A stretch of 64,000 nucleotides of DNA from an uncultured Pseudomonadales bacterium (GCA_943789485.1 CALSUH010000013.1:60824-124823); one strand, 5' to 3'. Positions 35,192-44,603 are shown, counted from the first letter of the stretch. The notes: generated from the letters alone by a model not told the origin. Program-made: numbers and translations.

Positions 35192-36433
35192 ATGACTAGT
35201 AATTCCATCTCTCGACGTCGTTTCCTTCAAGCTAGTGGCGCAGCCGCTATTGGATTACCCTCACTTGCTCGCGGCTATACAGCCTCGGAGATGCGAGGCT
35301 TCTATGCCAATGGCGAGATGTCCGCCAATGTCTCGAAATGGGAGCTAGACACCCCAGCCCTTTGCGTCGACCTAGACCTCCTAGAAGCCAACCTCGACCA
35401 CATGGCTTCCACAATGACTGCCAACGGCATAGCGAGCCGACCCCACGCGAAGACCCATAAGTGCCCGACTATCGCTCATATGCAGATGGACCGCGGCTCG
35501 GTCGGAATATGCACAGCCAAAGTCAGCGAAGCGGAAGCGATGTTCCAAAATGGGATAGACCAGATTCTAAATACCACAGGAAACGTAACGCCAACAAAAA
35601 TTAGACGCGCTATGAACCTTCGCGCACAGTGTCCAGGCTTTATTCAGGCGACCGATTCTGAACCGAATGCACGATTGCTCTCGGAGGCAGCCGTGAATAT
35701 GGGTATCGTTGCTGACGTGGTGGTCGATGTAGACCCTGGCATACGTCGCACCGGCACTCCCTTTGGACAACCTTCTTTACAGCTGGCACAACTCATCGAT
35801 CAGCTGCCGGGCCTGAATTTTCGCGGTATGCTTTGCTACGACGCGGCGGCACAACACGTCGTCGGTTTCCAAACTCGTAAGGCGCAAACGCTAGAGCGCA
35901 TGGTGCAGGCAACAAACACCCTCGAACTCATGCAGCGCTCTGGACTCAATACCGAGATCTTCAGTGGCGGTGGTACCGGCACCTACAATATTGACCACGA
36001 AACGAAGGGAATGACGGATGTGCAGGTTGGCAGTTACGTGTTCATGGATGCACAGTATATTTCGATAGGCGGTGAAGAAGATATCGAGGTGTATTCCGAC
36101 TTCGCCACTTCACTAACGGTGATGACGACTGTCTTGAACGATCAATTCGAAGGTCGCGCCACCTCCGATGCTGGCGCCAAGGCCTGCACCATCAATCAGC
36201 CCTGGCCTATAGTGAAGGGTGAATCCAATATTACCTATCGATCTGGCTCCGACGAATTTGGCACCATCCTCTATGGTGACGACCCATCGCGTAACTACAA
36301 GGTTGGAGACAAGCTCGAGGTCATCGTCTCGCACTGCGATCCAGTGGTGAACCTATACGATCAGATGTATGCAATTCGTGGAGACAAGGTCGAAGCAGTA
36401 TGGCCAATTTCGGCGAGGGGTATGTCAGCCTAA
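35192..36433 (+). CDS. Tat-exported PLP enzyme, alanine-racemase-N fold (DSD1 / D-threonine-aldolase / D-serine-dehydratase-like)
   Basis: ORF 35153..36433. ATG at 35192 is preceded by GAGG. Twin-arginine signal MTSNSISRRRFLQASGAAAIGLPSLA. Motif SRPHAKTHKCPTIAHMQ (PLP-Lys context of the family); C-terminal SHCDPVVNLYD. Confidence 0.7.
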   Translation: MTSNSISRRRFLQASGAAAIGLPSLARGYTASEMRGFYANGEMSANVSKWELDTPALCVDLDLLEANLDHMASTMTANGIASRPHAKTHKCPTIAHMQMDRGSVGICTAKVSEAEAMFQNGIDQILNTTGNVTPTKIRRAMNLRAQCPGFIQATDSEPNARLLSEAAVNMGIVADVVVDVDPGIRRTGTPFGQPSLQLAQLIDQLPGLNFRGMLCYDAAAQHVVGFQTRKAQTLERMVQATNTLELMQRSGLNTEIFSGGGTGTYNIDHETKGMTDVQVGSYVFMDAQYISIGGEEDIEVYSDFATSLTVMTTVLNDQFEGRATSDAGAKACTINQPWPIVKGESNITYRSGSDEFGTILYGDDPSRNYKVGDKLEVIVSHCDPVVNLYDQMYAIRGDKVEAVWPISARGMSA

Positions 36434-36454
36434 AAGGACTTCTTAAAAAAAAGT

Positions 36455-36482
36455 AAAAGGGAGCTTTCGCTCCCTTTTTTTA
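36455..36482. terminator. Bidirectional rho-independent terminator
   Basis: AAAA-GGGAGC-tttc-GCTCCC-TTTTTTT (stem 36459-36464 / 36469-36474). It lies between the convergent stops at 36433 (+) and 36495 (-). Confidence 0.8.
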
Positions 36483-36494
36483 TGCGTTACTCTT

Positions 36495-37862
36495 TTATGC
36501 GTTAAATAGGGCTCGCAGATGCGGGTTCAACATTCTTCCCTGCGGATCTAGCTCGCGCCGCAGCTCCATAAAATCTTTGAAGCGTGGATACAGCTTGGTC
36601 AGCTCAAGATGGGTGAGACTGTGTACCTTTCCCCAGTGAGGGCGGCCACCGTATTTCCAGAAGATGGGTTCGATGACGTTGAAGTAAGGTCGATAGTCTT
36701 CGCTAGCTGCTCGGTGAATCGAGATCGTCGCATGAGGATGACCTCCGTAAGCCATGCTTAGCCAATCATCATCGGCGCCGACATAACGGTATTCCAACAC
36801 GAAGTTTACATCGATAGCCTGATCGTAAATTGTTTTAAGAATCTCTCGCAGACATTCAGCTCCCACTTCCGCGGGCACCGAATACTCCATTTCATTGAAA
36901 CGACTGTTGCGCACATTGGAAAGTATCTTATGGGATACATCGACAGACTCACTCGGCTGAATTCGGGATGCTGTCGCATTCGATTGCCGAAGGCGCTCTG
37001 CAGGAGTTGGGTTTTCGCTTAGACCCAAGGATTCGGCTATCGACGCATCGCTAGTAGGCTCAGCGTCCAGCTCCACCTCGCCAATAGGCTCATCTGTCTC
37101 ATCAATAGACAGCACTAGTGAATAATCGGAATACACCAGTGGAAAAATTTCAAAATGTCGATGGTTCTCTGCTAGCTCATCGAAGTTTGCGAGAATATCT
37201 TCGGTTGGCGCCGCCCATTCGCGCTTCTTCAATTTGTAGGCTTCTCTATTCTGCATTGTTACCTGAGTAACGATGCCGAGCGCTCCTAGATTCACACGAG
37301 CAGCGTGCAGTAAATCTTCGTCACTGGAATCGATATCCATGACGTTGCCATTCGGTGTCACGAGGCGCAAGGACGTTATAAACGATGACAAAGCCTGCAG
37401 AGTAACACCAGTACCATGAGTACCAGTCGCTATGGCGCCTGCTACAGTCTGTCGGTCTATGTCGGGCAGATTGATCATGCCCTGACCGATTGCGTCGAGC
37501 TGTGCACCAAGATCACCCAGACGAGAACCGGCACCCAAGGTCACCTGATTATTCGCACTATCTGAATCTAGGATGCCGTTTAGTTGATCTATCACGACTA
37601 GATGCCCGTCTGTAGGAACCAGCGGACTAAATGAGTGCCCTGATCCTACCGGGCGAATCGGTCCTAGCGTATTTCTCAATAGGCTGGTTAATTCTTCTTC
37701 GCTGCCTATATCGTAACGACCGGCTGGCTGGCAGGTCTGACCACCAGACCAGTTACTCCAAGACGCCGATTGTGCGAACGCAGCACCTGAACCTGCGTAG
37801 GCTCCGAATAGCGCCGCTCTCACGCTGGAAGCTAAAAACGTACGTCTAGATATCTGCTTCAT
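36495..37862 (-). CDS. Tat-exported FAD-linked oxidoreductase, L-gulono-/D-arabinono-1,4-lactone oxidase (ALO) family
   Basis: 455 aa. Twin-arginine signal MKQISRRTFLASSVRAALFGAYAGSGAAFAQ. FAD-binding PCMH part with IRPVGSGHSFS; C-terminal ALO-type GGRPHWGKVH. Confidence 0.8.
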   Translation of the reverse strand: MKQISRRTFLASSVRAALFGAYAGSGAAFAQSASWSNWSGGQTCQPAGRYDIGSEEELTSLLRNTLGPIRPVGSGHSFSPLVPTDGHLVVIDQLNGILDSDSANNQVTLGAGSRLGDLGAQLDAIGQGMINLPDIDRQTVAGAIATGTHGTGVTLQALSSFITSLRLVTPNGNVMDIDSSDEDLLHAARVNLGALGIVTQVTMQNREAYKLKKREWAAPTEDILANFDELAENHRHFEIFPLVYSDYSLVLSIDETDEPIGEVELDAEPTSDASIAESLGLSENPTPAERLRQSNATASRIQPSESVDVSHKILSNVRNSRFNEMEYSVPAEVGAECLREILKTIYDQAIDVNFVLEYRYVGADDDWLSMAYGGHPHATISIHRAASEDYRPYFNVIEPIFWKYGGRPHWGKVHSLTHLELTKLYPRFKDFMELRRELDPQGRMLNPHLRALFNA

Positions 37863-38242
37863 TAGTTGAGTCCCGCCATGTAAGCAACCATCGCTCTAAA
37901 ATCGGAGACCTCGCAGGCCATGCAATAGCCCAGTGGTGGCATGGAGTTAAAGCCTTCAACCACGTTGTTAATAATAGCCTCTTCTCCTTGCTGCAACCTG
38001 CGTTGCCATTCGGCTGTATCACCTACAACTGGGGCTCCCGCTTCGCCGGTGATGTGACATAGCGCACAGCTGCGAGACCACTTGGCCATCACCTGTTCAT
38101 CCACGGTCACCGTGCGCAGCGTGGGTGGCCTGAACTGCTCGCCGGACCCCGAGTTTTGGCTTGCAACACTTGAGCAAGCACTGAGCAGCACTGCGAGGAG
38201 TGATAGGGAAAATAAATAGGGGAAAGATTTTTTCATGTTCAT
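37862..38242 (-). CDS. Class I c-type cytochrome lipoprotein
   Basis: 126 aa. Lipobox LLSAC, haem-binding CALCH, distal MPPLGYC. Its TAA overlaps the ATG of the downstream flavoprotein by 1 nt (TAATG at 37860-37864). Confidence 0.8.
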   Translation of the reverse strand: MNMKKSFPYLFSLSLLAVLLSACSSVASQNSGSGEQFRPPTLRTVTVDEQVMAKWSRSCALCHITGEAGAPVVGDTAEWQRRLQQGEEAIINNVVEGFNSMPPLGYCMACEVSDFRAMVAYMAGLN

Positions 38243-38323
38243 CCAATAATCAATCAGTAAACCACCTTAACCAGTGAGTCATAAGCTGTCAATTGAGTAT
38301 TAACATGGACAATCTGAACAGCA

Positions 38324-39676
38324 TTAATCTTCATAGCGCTTGTTCTTCGCCTGGGTATTCAAGCAACGAAATGCTTCTAGCTTTTCTTTGATACGGGTTT
38401 CCAATCCAGTGTTTTTGGGGTAATAGAACTGCTCATCTTTTAACTCCGGCGGCAAATAATTTTCTCCAGCGGCGAAACCATTCTCTTCGTCATGGGCATA
38501 GCGATAGTCTTCGCCATAGCCTAATGATTTGCTTAGCGAGGTGCTGGCGTTTCTTAGATGCAGCGGAACTTCCAAACTACCGTTGTGGTTAACCGCCTGC
38601 TTCGCTGCACTGAACGCGGCATAAACAGCATTGCTCTTCGGCGCGCTAGCCAGATAAACCGCCGCCTGCGCTAGAGCTAGATCGCCTTCGGGACTACCGA
38701 GACGTGTGTAGGTGTCCCAACAACTAAGTGTGAGCGGCAGGGCTCTGGGATCTGCGATGCCTATATCTTCAGACGCCATCCTTACTAAGCGGCGGGCCAG
38801 GTAGATCGGATCGCAGCCACCGTCCAACATTCTCGCCAACCAATACAGGGCGGCATCAGGTGATGAACCTCTCACCGCTTTGTGCAGGGCTGAAATTTGC
38901 TCGTAGAAACTATCTCCACCTTTGTCGAAGCGTCGACTGCCTTCTTCTAATACCTGCTGAATATGGCCGTCTGCTATAGACCTACGTCCATCCATTACCT
39001 CTGCCATGTCGCTTAGCACTTCAAGATAGTTAAGGACGCGGCGCGCATCGCCATCGCCTGCGCGGGCAAGCATCTGACTTTGCGACTCGCTCAGATCCAA
39101 ATTGAGCGCAGCTAACCCTCTCTCCTTATCGATCAGCGCGTTCTTAATGATACCTAACAGATCATCTTCAGTCAGAGGCTTAAGTAGGTAAACTCGTGCT
39201 CTGGATAGCAAGGCATTGTTCAACTCGAAGGAAGGGTTCTCTGTCGTAGCGCCGATGAATAACACGGTACCGTTCTCGATATGGGGCAGGAAGGCGTCTT
39301 GTTGTGCCTTGTTGAAGCGATGAACCTCATCGACAAACAAGATGGTCTGGCTGGAAGCGCCGGCTTGATGATATTTAGCACGCTCAATGGTCGCGCGAAT
39401 CTCCTTCACTCCATCGAGCACCGCAGACAGAGATTCGAAGTGATAGTCACAGGTGGCGGCGATAATCTTCGCCAGAGTGGTCTTGCCTACACCCGGTGGC
39501 CCCCAAAGGATCATCGAGTGAGGTAGCTTGTTTTGAATCGCCTCATAGATAGATTTGCCGGGGCTCAGCAAATGATCTTGCCCAATAAACTCTTCAAGAT
39601 TTAGCGGACGCAGTCGCGCTGCCAGCGGCTTATAGCGCTGGCGGGAATCTTCATCAGGCAGTAGTGATTGACTCAT
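38324..39676 (-). CDS. rarA: Replication-associated recombination protein A (AAA+ ATPase)
   Basis: 450 aa. Walker [14 protein letters not shown], Walker [14 protein letters not shown]-terminal MgsA-type region [15 protein letters not shown]. Confidence 0.9.
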   Translation of the reverse strand: MSQSLLPDEDSRQRYKPLAARLRPLNLEEFIGQDHLLSPGKSIYEAIQNKLPHSMILWGPPGVGKTTLAKIIAATCDYHFESLSAVLDGVKEIRATIERAKYHQAGASSQTILFVDEVHRFNKAQQDAFLPHIENGTVLFIGATTENPSFELNNALLSRARVYLLKPLTEDDLLGIIKNALIDKERGLAALNLDLSESQSQMLARAGDGDARRVLNYLEVLSDMAEVMDGRRSIADGHIQQVLEEGSRRFDKGGDSFYEQISALHKAVRGSSPDAALYWLARMLDGGCDPIYLARRLVRMASEDIGIADPRALPLTLSCWDTYTRLGSPEGDLALAQAAVYLASAPKSNAVYAAFSAAKQAVNHNGSLEVPLHLRNASTSLSKSLGYGEDYRYAHDEENGFAAGENYLPPELKDEQFYYPKNTGLETRIKEKLEAFRCLNTQAKNKRYED

Positions 39677-39701
39677 AGTGTGCTTTCTTATCGACTAAAG
39701 C

Positions 39702-40241
39702 TTAATCGGTCTGCTGCAGCAACATCTGCAACTTGGCCGACCCCATCTTACGCAGTAATTTAATATTGCGCTCTGGGATTAGAGACGTATCTTGATGCCT
39801 GGCTATTTCCCGCTCCACACCGGATTCTCTTAATAGATGTAAAATTGGAAACGGAGAGCGATTGCTATAGTTCTCTGCATCACCGAACTCAGTTTTTGCA
39901 AATCTATACTGTGGATGGAAACTGGCAACCTGATAAACCCCGAGAAAACCCTCTGCATCTAAGAGAGCATCAACAATATCCAGAAATTGATTGTAGTCAT
40001 CGAAGGATTGCAACACTTGGGGGTGGATTAGTAAGATAGTTTCTATCTCGCCATCTTCTTGAAAATGCGACAACTCGTGCTGCAAATCGGCAAGCAGCTG
40101 TTCTTCGGTAGAAGCATCGCTTACAACAAACTTCACCCGATCGTTGATAAGCTCGCGTTTTGCGAAGGGACAGAGGTTGAGTTCGATAACAAATTTTTCT
40201 AACCAGCGACGAACAAGCCTTACTATTTCATGCTGCTGCAC
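39702..40241 (-). CDS. DUF1415-family protein
   Basis: 179 aa. N-terminal WLEKFVIELNLCPFAKRE and later FHPQYRF match my recollection of DUF1415. Confidence 0.6.
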   Translation of the reverse strand: MQQHEIVRLVRRWLEKFVIELNLCPFAKRELINDRVKFVVSDASTEEQLLADLQHELSHFQEDGEIETILLIHPQVLQSFDDYNQFLDIVDALLDAEGFLGVYQVASFHPQYRFAKTEFGDAENYSNRSPFPILHLLRESGVEREIARHQDTSLIPERNIKLLRKMGSAKLQMLLQQTD

Positions 40242-40272
40242 GGCGGCCTCTCGAATTTATCATGCTTTTGCT

Positions 40273-42078
40273 TTATAGCATCACAGAAAGAGAACCGCGT
40301 TTGGCCTTATCCTGTAACACCGCTTCGTCGGAACTCGCGGAGAACTGAAGACTAGCGAAGTTTGCGTATAGCTCACTTTCGAGCAGCAATTCCTTGTGTG
40401 AACCCTGAGCAACTACTTTTCCCGAGTCTAATACGACTATCTTGCTTACGTTCATCACCGTTGCCAAACGGTGCGCGATAACGAGCGAGGTGCGATTCGC
40501 CATTAGTTTCTCCAGCGCCATCTGCACCTTGCGTTCGCTCTCGGCATCCAAGGCGCTGGTCGCCTCGTCGAGCAAGAGAATCTCTGGATCTTTCAGAATA
40601 GCTCTAGCTATCGCTATGCGTTGCTTCTGGCCACCTGATAAACGAATGCCCGACTCTCCAAGATAGCTGTCGTAGCCTTCTGGCAACTTCTCTATGAACT
40701 CACTCGCATACGCTGCTTCGGCCGCATCGCGAACTTCTTCGTCGCTAGCATCGGGCCTACCGTAGCGAATATTATCCCAGACATTACCAGTAAACATGGT
40801 CGGCTGTTGAGAGACGATTGCGATATGACTTCGTAACGCTTGCGGGTCAAGTTCTCTAATATCGACGCCATCCAATGCTAATGATCCGGATTGTGGATCG
40901 TAGAAACGCAGCACTAGATCGAAGAGAGTGGATTTTCCTGCACCTGAAGGACCTACTAAAGCAACACTCTCCCCTGACTGAATCTGCAATGTGACGCCGT
41001 CCAAAGCTGGAATTTCAGGCCGCGAAGCATAAGCAAACGTAACATCCGTCAGGGTTAGCAAGCCCTTAAAGTCACCCTTGAGTTGATGCGGTGTCTGTGG
41101 CGCCTTAATTTCGTTCTCGGCCTCCAACAACTCCATCAGCCTCTCCATCGCGCCTGCGGCACGCTGCAACTCACTGATGACCTGGCTTATTGCTCCAACC
41201 GCCGACGCTACCAACACCGCGTAGGCGACGAACGCAGTTAGTTCGCCTGCGGACATTGTGCCGTTAATAACATCCTGGCCTCCGACCCAGATCATTACCG
41301 CTAGCGCGCCGAATACTAATGTTATTACAATTGTAATGAGGAAGGACCGCATCATGATGCGCCGTAAGGCGACATTGAACGCAGTCTCCACATGATCGGA
41401 AAACTGTCTGTCATCATGGCTCTGATGATTGTAAGCCTGCACCGTCTTGATCTGTTGGATAGTTTCTCCAACATAGGCTCCAACATTCGCGATCTCGTCC
41501 TGACTACTTCTTGAGAGCAGTCGCACCTTCTTGCCGAAGTATAAGATTGGGCCAATCACGAGTGGGATACAAATCAACACAACGCTGGTGAGTTTAGGGT
41601 TCGTTATAAATAGAAAGACCGTGCCGCCAACCATCATCAGCAGGTTACGCAGCGCAATCGACGCGGACGATCCGATGACAGATTGAATGAGTGTGGTATC
41701 GGTCGTGATCCGCGACTGAATTTCGCCACTGAGGTTGTCTTCGAAATAGCCAGGATGCAAATCGATGATATGGGAATAAACCGCTTTACGAATGTCGGCC
41801 GTGACGCGCTCACCAAGCCATGACACCCAATAGAATCTAGCGAAGGTACCAACAGCTTGAAAGATCGCGATGAGGAAAAAGCCCAAGACTGCGGTGTTGA
41901 GAGCTTCGGTTGAACCCTCGACAAATCCACTATCGACGATGATTCTTACGTATTGAACGAGGCCCAATGTCAGCCCCGCCGTAAAAACGAGAGCGACTGC
42001 TGCGATAGCAATTTGCGTCTTGTAGGGTTTTAGAAAAACAGCGGACTTTAGAAGTAAGGAGGTACTGGATTCTTGCAT
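40273..42078 (-). CDS. ABC exporter, fused permease/ATPase (ABCB/MsbA-like)
   Basis: 601 aa. Six N-terminal TM helices, Walker A GPSGAGKST, signature LSGGQKQR, Walker B ILLLDEATSALD. Confidence 0.9.
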   Translation of the reverse strand: MQESSTSLLLKSAVFLKPYKTQIAIAAVALVFTAGLTLGLVQYVRIIVDSGFVEGSTEALNTAVLGFFLIAIFQAVGTFARFYWVSWLGERVTADIRKAVYSHIIDLHPGYFEDNLSGEIQSRITTDTTLIQSVIGSSASIALRNLLMMVGGTVFLFITNPKLTSVVLICIPLVIGPILYFGKKVRLLSRSSQDEIANVGAYVGETIQQIKTVQAYNHQSHDDRQFSDHVETAFNVALRRIMMRSFLITIVITLVFGALAVMIWVGGQDVINGTMSAGELTAFVAYAVLVASAVGAISQVISELQRAAGAMERLMELLEAENEIKAPQTPHQLKGDFKGLLTLTDVTFAYASRPEIPALDGVTLQIQSGESVALVGPSGAGKSTLFDLVLRFYDPQSGSLALDGVDIRELDPQALRSHIAIVSQQPTMFTGNVWDNIRYGRPDASDEEVRDAAEAAYASEFIEKLPEGYDSYLGESGIRLSGGQKQRIAIARAILKDPEILLLDEATSALDAESERKVQMALEKLMANRTSLVIAHRLATVMNVSKIVVLDSGKVVAQGSHKELLLESELYANFASLQFSASSDEAVLQDKAKRGSLSVML

Positions 42079-42173
42079 GATCGCAATGTAGCAACTACAG
42101 GCATAAAAGCAAGGATTAACTCATCTGACATCAAACCTGTAATGCGCTCTATTAGCTAGGTCACAGAGCGCTC

Positions 42174-42311
42174 TCATCCCTTGCGTCTCCTCTCTCCTTG
42201 CCTTCGCTCTAACGAGCGACGTTCCGCGGCTAGCCAATTATCCGCTTTCTCAGCTGCCTGTCTGCGGTCTAGTCTGCGGCGGCAGTTAGTGCTTCTTTTT
42301 TCTTCACTCAC
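42174..42311 (-). CDS. Arg-rich mini-protein (45 aa), unknown function
   Basis: GTG at 42311 is preceded by GAGGGA. The product is VSEEKRSTNCRRRLDRRQAAEKADNWLAAERRSLERRQGERRRKG. It lies 96 bp upstream of the ABC exporter on the same strand and is below the ORF-track cut-off. Confidence 0.35.
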   Translation of the reverse strand: MSEEKRSTNCRRRLDRRQAAEKADNWLAAERRSLERRQGERRRKG

Positions 42312-42440
42312 TATTATTCCCTCATGGCTTAGATTAACGGCGACCTCGCCCTATCTGCCGAACGAAGAATACATTAAAATCCCCGGTCTTTTCAACAGCC
42401 CATCTGGGGCATGAGTCACAAAAATACCTTGAGGTAAATT

Positions 42441-42947
42441 ATGCCGCTATCAATGCACTGCGCATCCATTCCCTATTTCGTCCGCGCACTAAACAATCTA
42501 TCCGTAATTCTCAAAAAGGGTGCCGCACATGCCGGGGAGTACGATATTGACCCCTCGATATTTGTTGCAGGCCGGCTATTTCCTGACATGTTTCCCCTTT
42601 CACGCCAAGTACAGATCGCCTGCGACGTAAGCAAGGGAGCCGCAGCTAGAATCTCCGGAATAGAGGCGCCTAGCTTTGAAGACAACGAATCGAGCTTTGA
42701 GGAACTGCTAGCGCGAATCAGCAAGACTATCGATTTTTTAAATTCGCTACCCGCTGACAAGATAAATGGAACCGAAGCGAAGGAAATCAAGTTCCAGGCA
42801 GGGCCGTATGAGCTAGATTTTACTGGCGCTACCTACCTCTCGATGTGGGCATTGCCAAATATCTACTTTCACGTGACCACGACCTACAATATTCTGCGCC
42901 ACAATGGCGTGGCATTAGCTAAGTTAGACTACGTCGGCACGCCTTAA
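42441..42947 (+). CDS. DUF1993-family protein
   Basis: 168 aa. N-terminal IPYFVRALNNLSVILKKG and C-terminal NIYFHVTTTYNILRHNGV match my recollection of DUF1993. Confidence 0.6.
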   Translation: MPLSMHCASIPYFVRALNNLSVILKKGAAHAGEYDIDPSIFVAGRLFPDMFPLSRQVQIACDVSKGAAARISGIEAPSFEDNESSFEELLARISKTIDFLNSLPADKINGTEAKEIKFQAGPYELDFTGATYLSMWALPNIYFHVTTTYNILRHNGVALAKLDYVGTP

Positions 42948-42960
42948 TCAAATAGAGACA

Positions 42961-43000
42961 GCTATAAATCGACAAGACTCAATTCTTGTCGATTTATAGC
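42961..43000. terminator. Perfect 16-bp inverted repeat between convergent genes
   Basis: GCTATAAATCGACAAG (42961-42976), loop actcaatt, CTTGTCGATTTATAGC (42985-43000). No flanking U-tract, so it could be a terminator or a protein-binding palindrome. Confidence 0.4.
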
Positions 43001-43010
43001 ACCGCCCTAC

Positions 43011-44243
43011 TCAATCGTTTACCGTAGCACCGCTGAGTTTCGCAACGGCTGCAAGCGTAGTTTGTGCCGCATTCAATCCAAGCCTGAAATCTTTATCCGT
43101 AAAGTTCGTCCACACATCCAAAGGCGAATGCCAGGTAGGGTTCCACCCGCCGCCTGTATGTGAGCCACGCTCGTTCTCGCGCAGACTGATTGAGGGAACC
43201 TCATTCATGAAGGGCGTGGAATCTGTATTCGTCATGTGCGGCCCGACGGTTGCAGGATAGTCAGTATTGTAGGCATCCGCTGCTGCCTTAAACACAAAAG
43301 CAAGACGCATCGAATCATCAGCAAGATCAGAAACAGACTGGAACTCGATATTCACATCGGCTTCCGCTCGCTGATCCCAGCTTACTGTGCCATCGGCACG
43401 CGGCGCACCATGATCCCAAAGCATCATGTCGTGTTGAATCATGCCTAACCAAGTAGGTTCGGGATAATTGCCAGAGCCTGCTGGCTCCTCTATACCTTGT
43501 AACTCTTTGCGCTGTTCGACATAGGCAGACGACCCGTTGAGACCGGTCTCCTCGTTGTTCCACAGAGCGAAACGTATAGAGCGCTCAGTCTCTACTCCCG
43601 AATCACTCATGATGCGCGCGAGCTCCATAACCAGTGCCGTGCCAGAACCGTCGTCGTTAACTGCTTCGTTTACACCGTGACCATCCATATGCGCGCTAAC
43701 GATATACATCTCATCAGGCCGCGTTGTCCCTATTTTTGTGCAATACACTTCAGAGCGCGGACCATCAACCGGTTCCTCGGCATTCAGTAATCGAATTCTT
43801 TCATCTGGCTGCGCTTGTAGGTCGCGATTAACTCCAGTGGGCGAGCGATACCCATAAATAGAGCTGCCACCCGGGCCATTCCCATTACGGCCAACCAGAC
43901 CTCCAGTAGGAGTAGTTAGATCGGGAGTACCCGCAGCCGTTCTGCGGCCAGAGCCACGTGGACGCGTAGTAAATGTGTAGTGCAGTCTTTCGACATTGCT
44001 GCAGCCATAGGAGATAAGCTGCTCTTCGATCCAATCAACCGCTGCGCGGTTGCGACTCGTGCCTTGGCGACGATCACCAAACTGGGTCAAACCCTTGAGC
44101 GTGGTTTTATAGCTCTCTAACTTTAGGCGAGAGACTAAGTCTGCGACCGGGTCATCGGTATTCTGTGCCAAACAAAACTGACTCATTCCAGCTAAAGCCG
44201 AGCCAGCAATAGTTGCTGTCAAAAACCGTAGTTTGCTGCCCAT
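43011..44243 (-). CDS. Secreted M28-family aminopeptidase
   Basis: ORF 43011..44300. ATG at 44243 is preceded by AAGGAG. Signal ..ALAGMSQFCLAQ; Zn ligand contexts VSAHMDGHG, DDGSGTALVMELAR, NNEETGLNGS. Confidence 0.8.
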   Translation of the reverse strand: MGSKLRFLTATIAGSALAGMSQFCLAQNTDDPVADLVSRLKLESYKTTLKGLTQFGDRRQGTSRNRAAVDWIEEQLISYGCSNVERLHYTFTTRPRGSGRRTAAGTPDLTTPTGGLVGRNGNGPGGSSIYGYRSPTGVNRDLQAQPDERIRLLNAEEPVDGPRSEVYCTKIGTTRPDEMYIVSAHMDGHGVNEAVNDDGSGTALVMELARIMSDSGVETERSIRFALWNNEETGLNGSSAYVEQRKELQGIEEPAGSGNYPEPTWLGMIQHDMMLWDHGAPRADGTVSWDQRAEADVNIEFQSVSDLADDSMRLAFVFKAAADAYNTDYPATVGPHMTNTDSTPFMNEVPSISLRENERGSHTGGGWNPTWHSPLDVWTNFTDKDFRLGLNAAQTTLAAVAKLSGATVND

Positions 44244-44603
44244 GCTGACTCCTTTAGTTTCGTAAACGGTTACACGTGTAGCTAGAATGCAGCCAAACAA
44301 TAACTTCTACCTAAAAGAAATTCAACACGAAATGAATTTCCAAAAAAAACTATCGACCCAACACGCCGCCATATTCAATGCCTGCCAAACTTTTCATCTC
44401 GATTTGGAATGTCGTTAAGTCTGCGACGCAAAGCAGATACAAGTGACTATGCCCGATGGCTTTGAAACATTCACCAACAGTGCATGCTGTAGGTAGACTG
44501 ACCTTGCCTGACCATTTAAAGAGCTTGGATTTTCGTAACTATCAAGACCCTGCAGGACAAATACTTCAGAAGAAAAACTTAAGACAGGCGTGATGGTTAC
44601 CAG

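Noticed and set aside
44300-44603. Short + strand ORFs (MNFQKKLSTQHAAIFNACQTFHLDLECR.., ..GRLTLPDHLKSLDFRNYQDPAGQILQKKNLRQA) that might be pieces of a frameshifted small gene.
   Set aside because: The fragments are too short, and I recognise no family. The evidence is insufficient for a pseudogene call.
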